A program made the translations under genes and the position numbers. From Terrimicrobiaceae bacterium (GTDB lineage: Bacteria > Verrucomicrobiota > Verrucomicrobiia > Chthoniobacterales > Terrimicrobiaceae): a stretch of 64,000 nucleotides of DNA. The notes below the pieces were generated by a model. The model had not been told where the DNA came from, did not search any database, and saw only the letters and a program-made list of their open reading frames with translations. How positions within the stretch are numbered: the stretch's first letter is position 1; every line of letters begins with the position of its first letter. The stretch is from contig JBGSVZ010000047.1 of NCBI GenBank assembly GCA_041752695.1, positions 32,001-96,000 of the forward strand, written 5' to 3'. Shown here piece after piece: positions 42,201 to 48,665 of the stretch.

Positions 42201-42568
42201 TTGGCGTGCTGGCAGCGGTGGACAGTGTTGAGCCGGGCAGTGTGTTCCTCATCGCTCCAGAAGGAACAGTGGACGCCGGAGACGCGGGCATTCGTGCGAC
42301 AGGTGATATCGCGATTGGAGCGGTGGAGGTGCTGAATGCCGACAATATTTCCGCCCCAGGAAACACCACTGGCGTTCCCACGGCGCCCCCCACAGCCGTC
42401 CCCAATATTGCCGGGCTGAGTGCGGCTTCCAGCTCAACCGGGGCTGCCTCGAGCGTTGCCGCCGATGTTGCCAGTCAGGCCCAGCCCACGCCCGAGCCAG
42501 AGGAAGCTCTGTCCATTATTGTGGTTGAGGTCCTGGGCTACGGCGGGGGCGACGAGGAGGAACAATAA
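30209..42568 (+). CDS. Filamentous haemagglutinin-family TpsA exoprotein (4119 aa) with a DUF3739-like C-terminus
   Basis: Signal peptide; TPS domain (W.TYNVG, INQNGIIFG); long beta-helical repeats; C-terminal RIFTLRGG...GTVDAGDAGIR...VEVLGYG. Confidence 0.92.
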   Translation: MEKQPSVLSRSGGRSGRFALALAVAVLGCALNAPSGDILRGGATTSGAQPGGRPSSPGSAAAATANANAKDRLARTTQAITSVRTMQTSAAAAVAPPNVPNGLRPGGLVVATGANALWQGAKPAQNQGSTVYIKQTESEAILHWETYNVGAGTTVRYDQSSGGSDSGDWIAFNKVFDPSGKPSQILGNIQAEGQVYIINQNGIIFGAGSQVNTRTLVASSLPINDNLIELGLLNNPDAQFLFSALPVPGSSSGTPEFVPDPPVNGVIGDVVVQAGALIESPVNADGNGGRVMLVGPNVTNDGVISTPNGQTILAAGLQVGIAAHDTNDPSLRGLDVWIGSVGSYEAAATNNGIIEALQGNVTMAGKTVNQMGIINSSTDVDLNGRVDLKASYGAVGNPSYDDVVGSTAPAFINQFTGEVTFGESSVTMVLPNYESTKTIPGLELPENSQINVEGLVINLKANSIVLAPSGDITMRAGTWPYVDVDGNRTTVNANGGVGNLNQFLDGSGQKFLLSSGQIFLEPGALVDATGTTDVFVALTQSLAEVQLRGFELADSPLQRDGEIRGISLIVDLRVTGDYYGRTWYGTPLGDLSGVVGLIQSNVSQLTTSGGTITMEAGDAIILQPGSTVDVSGGYFVYEGGYIQTTRLVRGPNIIGIEDATPNVLYDGIYTGKSTSTSEKWGVTEEYRHPLAPLGGYTQQGYISGANGGTINLNAPTLVMGGTLLGKVVQGPRQQDAPPEAGSLNLSFTSEQMDTISPTNVSFRTVSPFHPTITVTNDAVTPSYVGSLEDFPVVLDDTLRTEFQLSTKLYSESGFGHIEIENSDGDFIVPAGVPINGPPGGSLVVSAANVSVASDIVFPGGDISFTAYNSSPYEAQSPFIIPGPVPLPDPERGIISVEKGITLNVAGLIVDERRTSQQAPGQARVLDGGSVTLEAYSIFLGEGSRITASGGVLADAAGDFSYGDGGDIALLAGKDPGIPAIFGGELDIMNASLESYSVTKGGSLSIQAQLIQIGGASNNPDAFVVQPEFFTKGGFTSYSLAGIGGRNPDGTYIPAVRLVAGTVIEPVSETWVVSPYASGPGDLALTPYLKPVGLRPPTSIELVGLGGDDPFVGPDGVDNIDALGLVVLEEGSKILTDPGASVTIDGELVAVLGTISAPGGFIEISGGSSYPLTSTQEAAEVFALPTVYIGPNAHISAAGTVVYLPDPYGRQSGIVYPGGTISVSGNIVAEAGAVLDVSGASAVLDFHPTRLGTSYYQSVPLNSGLTAAPWGRLGVPVQVDSNGGLIELHGSQMLYSDATLLGRAGGPAANGGMLSISSGRFYAAGSDRTNADINLVVEQTGNAFAFGSVSTFGNIVTLMAGGTDINALFAGGIENTGIGYFAADTFAAGGFDSLDLGFEYYPTASPLPYGGNVQFLGPVTINARGSLRVAAGGVIQADSPVVLSAPYVAIGQEFPEPLNPDDPFVPFQQFVAGTPSPYFLPPTSGPATLTVNASLIDIGTVSLQGISSADLLAVGGEIRGNGSFNIAGDLVLNAAQIYPVTLASFGIYAYDPNILIASSLLSSPVVTLASSVLPPGFGVGSPLLGSTVVSIVDTEVTLAGNANAALTNQLAVFDPGGGSVTVVGSGQRPLPLSAGGSLGIYASTITQGGTLVAPLGSITLGWDGTDLDPTDADLDQPLNPVVGAALAIPTAELVTLSAGSVTSVSAIDPMTGEGILIPFGLSPDGSTWIDPRGVNVTISGLPEKGVSIGGNSVVMEAGSVIDVRGGGDLLAYRWVPGNGGSVDILGSASSVWSGGSSYSSGDLVYYEGQTWSARVAIDPSDFVNPPEPESGTYWALVPQSYAVVPGYGSTYAPINSFNTGENSGALEGDPGYVSANLALGQQVYLEDSPGLPAGYYTLLPSRYALLPGAFLVTPQDSGLVPSAEIAGFGGRTTEEGATFVFGFSQNALNPTSAPSVPTQFEVLPPAVVAGRAEYELYTANSFLAEAAVRLDAPELQQLPRDSGSVAFSGNSALVLEGMVLTEAAQGGRGASIDIASFADIYVVGGSGEAPDGATVVLNSALISSWGAESLLIGGLRYETTDGVQVDVRTDNLVVDNRGSSLMGSDIILVSNEALTVTEGSSIVSTRAGTQPVETLLLDGNGALLRVSANPDTAILRSDVTVGPGPILTIGAGAEISGISVILDSTYATDIDPEANIDAIALQLGSGQISIILSEPAGGLTGSIIDPHLVLTGDLLADAQDSRFLTLLSYTSIDVYGAGAFGGTGLRELELISGGIRGYEQGTGSAIFTAGTVRFDNPVDIAGLPAPQGPLSGTLQFDASTIRFGSNDFTVAGYQSLIMNAPGGVLSEGIGTFATAGDLAIYTPLITGVEGSSQSITAGGNLLLETLEGESKLKPGLGAALTFTGAEIVANTTILLPSGLLKLNALTGDLTVGGELNVEGSAQDFYDVTRYANAGGIELSSTLGDVTLLEGSVISVAAHPDGGDAGALMIRAPGGAFVSLGSLSGSAGEGGLSGRFLLDAGVIAAFDDLNIELDEAGFFEERAFRARTGDITVAGEIHARNFSLATDAGSILVTGLIDASGVTGGSISLVAQGSLTLAPTAILTVAAEEFSNAGKGGQITLEAGAPVNGVTNPLALLDLQAGSLIDLTVADYVAGEYTTPGSSAFYGQFTGELHLRAPRTADGTGVFVNPIASTVNGASSILVEAVKVYDVSATSGSLTSVDAFPGAITVATVADSSAVSFTAGTTGAQRVRLSVAGSAYVPAGPASFALLNTQSITFPAGTNDVTTVQTTVAATITLPDNSTIPLAANTPVTLAPGSKITLGSSGSVQLIGGTEQAVIAIPALANVQVPAGSLVSLNGAGTITRTGGGTLVASMGVREGIHADNLAFLGQGGQAATPAYAAMQASLLSAQPGLESVLVIAPGVEIINPTGDLILGLPNQTGSTNSGALAAADWDLSGWRYGPDAAPGVLTLRAQGDLVFNNTLSDGFTPIAQGTAQNFADIGHSQMWLAPLMSINEALPVNSQSWSYRLTAGSDFSAAGYQEVLTPEELALLQPGKGSVLVGEFFSSPVPNPLTSGGSAAVGSGGQTADTIRISTTTTNQGTRYEVIRTGTGDIDVSAGLDVQLRNPFATIYTAGVGLPDRTTIFQTGDFFVPITVRTTTQHPSQGNLGAIQQNYGAYYAMAGGDLAVSAQNDIGRFTFYQGQIIPDASNQIPTNWLYRRGLVDSATGQFDDIVIPGASLGSITDPSASTTWWIDYSNFFQGFGALGGGDIALEAGNDIVNADAVIPTNARMAGIDPLTGQNLAPSVDNLQELGGGDLLVRAGGNIDGGNFYVERGSGRLDAGAEITTNAAQSPSRGILSTGGNPELILDPLTWQAVTLYGGRANFDVTARGNILLGPATSAFFLPQGLNNKFWYKSQFQTTGEESGVEVTSLGGSVTHRLGLTLPGQNLVLPTLAVAYQQAAPLNIGGSGYYQPWTRLSETQIQNFNTMATVSLPVLQSTAFGGSINIVGTLNLFPSPVGGLELVASEGIVGLNPTGVTQTTVNGSVVAVTAWATASINLSDADPDRIPSVGTPLGFQQVIGTGDISTVRDSPIDPLGSVSPLFQETGAYTGIAGTIDVQTALHASTPLHANDPNPLRLYAAGGDITGVTLYSPKQSLIYAEEDITDIAFYLQNTGDGDVSIVSAGRDVIPYNENSPLRATAGDISQFNLIVDPFKDTVVRDANNQPVQTQALAGDIQIGGPGTLEVLAGRNVDLGGGANFTDGTSVGITSIGRSRNPFLPFAGADLVVVAGVGGPDGGPALGLAGSSLDFTQFIETYVAEGGQLPGEVDFETLTPEQQALVALDVLFGILQDAATSQEYEEALAAVGILANATYEGEILTQARDIRTVSGGSITMLAPGGGLTLAEDIFGNPQTPPGIVTEFGGEVNILVDGDVDIGQARIFTLRGGDLTIWSTTGGIAAGSAPKTVVTAPPTRVIIDATSADVETDLGGLATGGGIGVLAAVDSVEPGSVFLIAPEGTVDAGDAGIRATGDIAIGAVEVLNADNISAPGNTTGVPTAPPTAVPNIAGLSAASSSTGAASSVAADVASQAQPTPEPEEALSIIVVEVLGYGGGDEEEQ

Positions 42569-42579
42569 GCAAGTCCCCC

Positions 42580-44844
42580 ATGCCAAAAGCGCCGGGCAAA
42601 CCCAGCCACCGCGCCGGAAAAAAAACCGCGCCACCGGAATCCGCTCGGACTGTCGTCAAAATCTCGATCTGGGCTTGGGCCTCGGTCATTCTCTGCCTTG
42701 CAGTCACGGTGACGATCGTGGCACTCGACGGCCAGTCCCGCTTTGCCCTGGTCGAAAAAATTTCGCGCACCTCGTTTGCCGAAGCTCCCCCCCACACCTT
42801 GCCGGTCGCAGAGGGCACGCGGGAGGAATGGCTGGTGCTCCCCCACTATGCGATGGATGCCCGGTGGTGGGTTCTTCACACCGAGCGGATGCTTCGCGAG
42901 AGTGCCTGGCGCGTGCGTAGCACAGACCTGGACAATGCGCCGGACGGCCGCGAGGTGCATTGGAGCTCCCTGTTGATGTGGATTCTGGCGGGCCTTGCCT
43001 TGCTTCGCAGCTTTTCTTCCGGCTCGCCGCCGGGCGCTTCCGTCGCAGAAGCGGCCATGATTGCGGGTCCGGTGATGCTGTTGATTTCTGTGGTGGGACT
43101 CGCGTTTCTGGCGGCGGTGCGGTTTGGGAAATTTGCGGGGGCTTTTTTTGCTTTGGTCATTCTCACCAGCTTTGCGCTGCTGAGAACCTTCCTGACCGGG
43201 GAGGCGGACCATCATGGAGTGGTGGTGGCTTTCGCGATGGGTGGGGTGTTGTGTCTCCTGGCCGGCGGCTGCGGACTGGTCCGGAGAAAGGATTCGGTAG
43301 GCGATCGTGGAGGTTTGTCTGATTTGCAGACGGCGAGACGATGGTTCGCGGCCGCGGGATTTCTCGGTGCGGCATCGCTCTGGGTGAGCGCGGCCACGGC
43401 GATTCCGATCCTCGCGGGTGTGGCGGCGGGAGGGTTCCTCGTCTCCGTGTTCCGGGCGCGTGGGGATAAATCCGCGATAGCCTGTCCCGAGCTGTGGATG
43501 GTCTGGGGCCTGGCCGGAGGAACAGGCAGCCTGGGGTTTTACGTACTGGAGTATTTTCCCTTCCACATGGGTTGGCGACTGGAGGTGAATCACCCTCTCT
43601 ATGCTCTGGCCTGGATGGGCGGTGCATTCCTGTTAAGTCGGGCCGTGGGCTGGGGGGCCGCGGGACGGTTTCCGCTGCGAGGCGGGTTTGATCTCGGACT
43701 TGCTGTGGTGGCGCTGGTTGCAGTGCTCGCTCCGGTTTTTGCCATCGTCTGGGTCCCGAATGCCGTATTTTGGGTTTCGGACGATTTCCTGCTCGCGCTG
43801 CACAAGGAATACATTCTCGAATTTCAGAGCATCTTCGCCATCAACCGGCTTACGGGAGGAGGAATCTCCTGGCTGACGCAATACGCCTGGCCCATTGCCG
43901 TTCTAGCGAGCACGAGCGTGTTGGGATTGACCCGGAATTTTGGCCCCCTTGCGCGGCGCGCCCTGCCCTTGCTTGCTCCCGCCATATTGATCACGCAAAT
44001 CCTCACCGTGCTCCAGGTGCGATGGGGATCGGCTGCTTTCGGCATGTGGTGTCTAGCCGTTCTGATTGTGCTGGCGGACCTCGTGCTTTTTCCCCGGCAA
44101 ACCGGGGTGCGACGGTGGACGTTCCGCGGGCTTGTCGTCTGGGGTTGGGTGGCGATCCTGTTCACGCTTCTGCCCCAGATCGCCATCCGAGCTGAAGAGG
44201 AAAGAACCTGCCTGGACGCCCCGATTCCCCGGGATGTTGCCGGAAACCTGCTTCTGCGGGACGTCGCGCACCGCTTGATTCAATCGAGCCCGGATAAGGT
44301 TCCGGTGGTGTTGACCGGCCCCAATGCTTCCACCGAGATGGCCTACCACGCCGGTCTTCACACTCTCGGCACTTTGTATTGGGAAAATATGCCCGGGCTT
44401 AAACGTGCGGCCCGGATCTTTTCCGTCCCGGAGGAATCCGAAGCCCTCAATGAACTCACGAGCGCCGGAGTCACGCACATTGTGGTGCCATCCTGGGACA
44501 ATTTTGCGGAGGACTACGCCCGACTTCTCGCCAAGGCCGAAGGTCGCGAGACCACCGAGGCCCCCTTTTTCAAAGCCATCGTCGAGGGCGACGAGTGTCC
44601 CGATTGGCTGCGTCCTTTTGCCTACCCGATTCCCACCGACTCTGGCCTGGACGCGAACTCGGTGAAAATCTTCGCCGTGCTGCCGGAGCAATCGCCTTTC
44701 GAATCCCTTTTCTATCGCGGGATCTATTTCCTCGAGATCGGTCGACCGGCCAAGGCGCGGGAATTGTTCACCGAGGCAGCGGCCCTCCGCCCGGAGGACG
44801 AACGCCCCCGCCGTTACCTTCGGGAGATCGACGCCCGAAACTGA
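42580..44844 (+). CDS. Multi-pass membrane protein, STT3/PglB/AglB-like oligosaccharyltransferase fold
   Basis: About 13 TM helices; D(ARWW), NAPDGREVHW, ADHH and ILE(FQS) motifs; periplasmic C-domain ending in a TPR. Confidence 0.6.
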   Translation: MPKAPGKPSHRAGKKTAPPESARTVVKISIWAWASVILCLAVTVTIVALDGQSRFALVEKISRTSFAEAPPHTLPVAEGTREEWLVLPHYAMDARWWVLHTERMLRESAWRVRSTDLDNAPDGREVHWSSLLMWILAGLALLRSFSSGSPPGASVAEAAMIAGPVMLLISVVGLAFLAAVRFGKFAGAFFALVILTSFALLRTFLTGEADHHGVVVAFAMGGVLCLLAGGCGLVRRKDSVGDRGGLSDLQTARRWFAAAGFLGAASLWVSAATAIPILAGVAAGGFLVSVFRARGDKSAIACPELWMVWGLAGGTGSLGFYVLEYFPFHMGWRLEVNHPLYALAWMGGAFLLSRAVGWGAAGRFPLRGGFDLGLAVVALVAVLAPVFAIVWVPNAVFWVSDDFLLALHKEYILEFQSIFAINRLTGGGISWLTQYAWPIAVLASTSVLGLTRNFGPLARRALPLLAPAILITQILTVLQVRWGSAAFGMWCLAVLIVLADLVLFPRQTGVRRWTFRGLVVWGWVAILFTLLPQIAIRAEEERTCLDAPIPRDVAGNLLLRDVAHRLIQSSPDKVPVVLTGPNASTEMAYHAGLHTLGTLYWENMPGLKRAARIFSVPEESEALNELTSAGVTHIVVPSWDNFAEDYARLLAKAEGRETTEAPFFKAIVEGDECPDWLRPFAYPIPTDSGLDANSVKIFAVLPEQSPFESLFYRGIYFLEIGRPAKARELFTEAAALRPEDERPRRYLREIDARN

Positions 44845-44845
44845 C

Positions 44846-46393
44846 ATGGGGCGGAAGAGAAAGCTGGAGGGTTGCGGGCCCTCGCAACCCATTCCTTCAC
44901 GGCACCGAGGGCCCGGTGCCCTCCAGGTTCGGCTTTTTCTCCTCATCCTCGGCGCTATCCTTCTCGTTCTTTGCGCTCGCGGCGACCTTTGGCTCGATGA
45001 GATCTGGAGTTTTGAATGGGCGGAACGGGCCGACTCGCCCTGGGACATTCTCCGGATCTTTCCCCACGACAACAACCACCCCCTCAACAGTTGGTGGCTG
45101 ATGGCCGTTGGTACCGGGAGTGCGCCTTTGGTCTGCCGCGCTCTTTCGATCGTCTGCGGTCTCTCCGCGCTCCTCCTTGTCGGCCGACTCGCCGCCAGCC
45201 TTGCGCCCTCTTCGCGGACAATCGCCACTGTACTGGCCGTGTTCTCTTTCCCGCTGGTGCTCTATTTTTCGGAAGCCAGGGGATATGCTCCCGCCGTCGC
45301 GTGTGCCCTCGCAGCGGCGGTGATTCTGGTCGAGACCCGTGCGCGGCCGCCGGTCTTGCTGGCGGTTCTTTTTTGGCTGGTCTGTGCCATCGGGATGCTG
45401 TCCCATGCCACCTTTCTGCTCGTTCTGACAGCGCTCGCGGCCTGGAAGATGATTTCGATGGTGGATGAAATGCGTTCTCCCCTTCCGGTGCTGTTCGCCA
45501 GTATGAGATGGTTTTTCGTTCCGGGACTGGGGGCGGTTTTCCTTTATGTGGGTTTCCTGCGACGCCTGCAGATTGGCGGGGGCCCGGAGTATTCGCTCAC
45601 GACTGTCCTGGGCCACTTTTTCAGCTATGCCCTGGGGTTCCCGGTGGGCGGGCCGTGGACTTGGCTGGCCATCGGAACTGGGGGCCTTTTGTATGGTGCG
45701 GGTATCTGGTTCGGACTACGCCACGCCCGCGTTTCCCACATCGGATGGCTGTTCGTGTTCCTGCCCGTGACGGCAGCGGTGGGTCTGGTTGTTTCCCGCC
45801 CCGAGGTGCTGTATTTCCGCTACTTTCTGGTCTTCCTCCCGTTCTTTTACCTGGCGCTCGCGGCACTGCTCGCACGCCTCGCTGGGATGGGAGCTGGGAG
45901 TTTGGCGTTCGGAGTTCGGCGGTGGTCTGCTGCCGCCGCTATCGTGGTGGCGCTCCTCGTCGCCTACGTGGTCGCCCAGGCCCCGAGACTCTATGATCTC
46001 GTTACGCTCGGTCGGGGAAGTTATCGCGAGGCCCTGCGACACGTGGCGCTAAGTCCCTTTGCCAATAAGGTCGTCACCTCCGACCATGATGCCCGCAACA
46101 AGGTCCTTGTCGAATTTTTCGCGCGGCGCGACCCACTTTCCTCCAGGGTGAAATACCTCCCACTTGCTGAATCTGGCTCTGGCCGTGCGGGCTGGCTCCT
46201 CCGCCACTCGCAGGCCTCCTCGCAAGGGAAGCCCGAGCAATTCATGCACACGCCCACCGAAACCTACCGCTATGTGGGCGTATTCCCCCATGCGGGAGTG
46301 TCTGGCTGGCATTGGCTCCTCTATCGCAGCGTCTCCGCGGGGACTCCATTTATGACAAAAATGTCACAAGGAGGATCGCCGTCACTTAGGTAG
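44846..46393 (+). CDS. GT-C fold (PMT/ArnT-like) membrane glycosyltransferase
   Basis: LWLDE, DNNHPL, SEARGY and RYFL motifs; multiple TM helices. Confidence 0.75.
   Translation: MGRKRKLEGCGPSQPIPSRHRGPGALQVRLFLLILGAILLVLCARGDLWLDEIWSFEWAERADSPWDILRIFPHDNNHPLNSWWLMAVGTGSAPLVCRALSIVCGLSALLLVGRLAASLAPSSRTIATVLAVFSFPLVLYFSEARGYAPAVACALAAAVILVETRARPPVLLAVLFWLVCAIGMLSHATFLLVLTALAAWKMISMVDEMRSPLPVLFASMRWFFVPGLGAVFLYVGFLRRLQIGGGPEYSLTTVLGHFFSYALGFPVGGPWTWLAIGTGGLLYGAGIWFGLRHARVSHIGWLFVFLPVTAAVGLVVSRPEVLYFRYFLVFLPFFYLALAALLARLAGMGAGSLAFGVRRWSAAAAIVVALLVAYVVAQAPRLYDLVTLGRGSYREALRHVALSPFANKVVTSDHDARNKVLVEFFARRDPLSSRVKYLPLAESGSGRAGWLLRHSQASSQGKPEQFMHTPTETYRYVGVFPHAGVSGWHWLLYRSVSAGTPFMTKMSQGGSPSLR
46352..46367 (+). 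promoter_or_regulatory. Pho-box-like direct repeat upstream of the Sel1 gene
   Basis: ATGAC-AAAAAT-GTCAC inside the 3' end of the previous ORF. Confidence 0.45.
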
Positions 46394-46403
46394 AATTTCG
46401 GTT

Positions 46404-47351
46404 GTGAAAAATCTCCTTCTCCCTTTCGTTGCCGCCATGGGAATCCTGGCCGGCCCGGTGCTTGCTGCTGAGCCGGAAGTAACGCCGGATGTGGCCACGC
46501 TCGAAAAATCCGCTGCTGGCGGGGATGCCCAAGCCAAATTTCTGCTTGCCCGGGCGTATTTCCGGGGAGAGGGCGTGGCCAAGGATTCCGCGAAAAGCCG
46601 CCAACTTCTGGAGGAGGCGGCCGCGCTTGGCCATGCCGATGCCATGGACGGGCTGGGATTTCTCTATAACGCGGGTGAGGGCGTGCCCCAGGACGAGGCC
46701 AAGGCCGTGGAATGGTTCCGTAAAGCGGCGGAAGCGGGCTCGCTCAAAGGCCAATTGGATTTAGGCCTAATGCTTCGCCAGGGGAAAACCATTCTCCTTT
46801 CCAACGATGAAAGCCTCATGTGGATTAAAAAGTCCGCTGATGGAGGCTTCATGGGAGCAAAGGCGGTGCTTGGTCGCCTTTATTTTTTCGGGGACAAGCT
46901 GCAGAATGCCGACTACTCCAAGGCGGTTCCCTACCTTCGCGAAGCCGCTGAGGCCGGCGATCCGATCTGCCAGAATATGATGGGCGTTGCCTTGCGTGAT
47001 GGAGCAGGAACCGAAAAAGACCCTGCCGCAGCGGAAATTTGGTTTCGCAAAGCCGCGTTACAGAACAGCAAAAAGGCCCAGTCCAATCTGGCCCACATTA
47101 TGGGTGTCCAATCTCCCGAAGCCCCGAATCGCAAGGAGGCCCTCAAGTGGCTGATTATTTCCTCCGAGCAGGGAGAAATCACCGCCCAAAAAACTTACGA
47201 AGAAATTATGCCGGCCCTGCCCTCGGCTCTCCTCGCCTCGGCCAAAAAGGAGGCAGATCGCTTCCTTCTGATCCAAAGAGCCACCAGCGGAAAACCCAAA
47301 TCGGCAAGCTCGGAACCGACCGAACAAAACCAGCCCGGTGACGGAGCGTAG
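46404..47351 (+). CDS. Exported Sel1-repeat protein
   Basis: Repeats of A...LG..Y..GEGV.QD...A..WFRKAA; signal peptide. Confidence 0.92.
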   Translation: MKNLLLPFVAAMGILAGPVLAAEPEVTPDVATLEKSAAGGDAQAKFLLARAYFRGEGVAKDSAKSRQLLEEAAALGHADAMDGLGFLYNAGEGVPQDEAKAVEWFRKAAEAGSLKGQLDLGLMLRQGKTILLSNDESLMWIKKSADGGFMGAKAVLGRLYFFGDKLQNADYSKAVPYLREAAEAGDPICQNMMGVALRDGAGTEKDPAAAEIWFRKAALQNSKKAQSNLAHIMGVQSPEAPNRKEALKWLIISSEQGEITAQKTYEEIMPALPSALLASAKKEADRFLLIQRATSGKPKSASSEPTEQNQPGDGA

Positions 47352-47359
47352 GAGAGTCG

Positions 47360-47632
47360 ACCGCGGATAATACGGATTTGGCGGATGGGGAAGATTGGGA
47401 GGATGGCGTCCTCCAAGAATCGAAAACGCTATAGCCGAAGGTCACGGCGGGTAAGTGACTATCCGCCCTAGCCAAAATGGTAGGGACGGTTGTCCCCATC
47501 CGTCCATCTGGTAGAGGCCACATTCCTTGGAAGCAGGGATGAAAGACGGGGCCAAAAATGTGCTCCGGAGAAAAGACCTCCCCCCTCAACTTTGTTCTCC
47601 CCCCTATCCGCAAAATCCGCGCCATCCGCGGT
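47360..47632. repeat. Inverted-repeat-bounded intergenic element with an internal GTAG-type REP
   Basis: ACCGCGGATAATACGGATTTGGCGGATGGGG (47360-47390) and an inverted copy at about 47601-47632; GGTAGGGACGG...CCGTCC at 47479-47505. Confidence 0.65.
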
Positions 47633-47648
47633 TAAAATAACGCCTTTC

Positions 47649-48476
47649 TCAGGGAGTCGTCGGCGGCTGCGATACCACGGCCTTCTTCTCGTTTAGAGCC
47701 TCCTTGGCAGCCTGGAGGTGATATTGATTGTAGGCCTGATACCCGAACAGGGTGAGATATCGCTGGTCGGCAATCTGTCGGGCGGTGTTCCAATTTTCCG
47801 TCTCACTCACACCCGGTTGAGGTGTGGAAACATTGGTGTCGAAGTCTGTGAGGATTTCGTCGAGTGCCTTCTGTTGCTGGGGCGTGCGAGGCGTTTTATC
47901 GACGAAAGCCGCCGGCACCACCGCGCCGGCCGGGACGTTCAGGACGATTTCCGCTCCCGAACCTGAAGAGACTGCGTCCGCGGGAGCGGGTGCAGCATCC
48001 TGCTCCGCCCCGCCTCCGCCATTGGAAGTGCTGCTTGCGCCGTTGGAAGTTCCCGTGGCACTGCCCGCCCCTAACGCCTGGCTGGCTCCGGAATACGCGG
48101 GTAATGTCGTAGTTGCTCCCGCGGGCACGCTGGTCGCACCCAGTCCCGTCCCGGCAGACGTGACCGCAGTTGAGTTGGAGGAAGGCGGCGCGGTCGGATT
48201 CGTTCGGGAATTTAACAGGCGTTTTGCCTGGGAAGAACCCGGTTGAAAGTTCGTGGGGGCCGCAGCCAACGAGCGTTTTGCCGTACTGTGCGTTGACGCC
48301 TTTGTCTCCGCCGAGGTCCAGTTGCCCTCAGCGCTGGGTTCTCCGGGATGCTTGAGTGAACTTTGGGTTTCGGGCTTCACGGGATTTTCGGCTTCTGCGG
48401 TGAGGAACCTGGCCGATACGATTCCAGATGCCACGGCGACTCCCAACAGGGTGGGGATAAGAAGGATTTTTTTCAT
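47649..48476 (-). CDS. Hypothetical exported protein with a Ser/Thr/Gly/Ala-rich linker
   Basis: MKKILLIPTLLG signal/anchor, low-complexity middle, helical C-terminus. Confidence 0.7.
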   Translation of the reverse strand: MKKILLIPTLLGVAVASGIVSARFLTAEAENPVKPETQSSLKHPGEPSAEGNWTSAETKASTHSTAKRSLAAAPTNFQPGSSQAKRLLNSRTNPTAPPSSNSTAVTSAGTGLGATSVPAGATTTLPAYSGASQALGAGSATGTSNGASSTSNGGGGAEQDAAPAPADAVSSGSGAEIVLNVPAGAVVPAAFVDKTPRTPQQQKALDEILTDFDTNVSTPQPGVSETENWNTARQIADQRYLTLFGYQAYNQYHLQAAKEALNEKKAVVSQPPTTP

Positions 48477-48593
48477 GAGGAATAGGACAAATGGACGGAT
48501 TAAATCTTGGGTCTCACAGGACTGAAGTTCTCGAGAAGATCGGCAGGCGCCCCGCCGACCTTCTCGAAAATTCCCCCGAGGGAATTTTCCCGG

Positions 48594-48628
48594 AAAAACC
48601 AAAGCTGGCACCGTTTCCGGTGCCAGCT
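48594..48628 (-). terminator. Rho-independent terminator after the PstS-like gene
   Basis: AGCTGGCACCG-TTTC-CGGTGCCAGCT perfect stem with a T-rich tail on the minus strand. Confidence 0.8.
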
Positions 48629-48665
48629 CGGTTGCTTCGTAATACTATTTCTTACTCGGGTTAAC

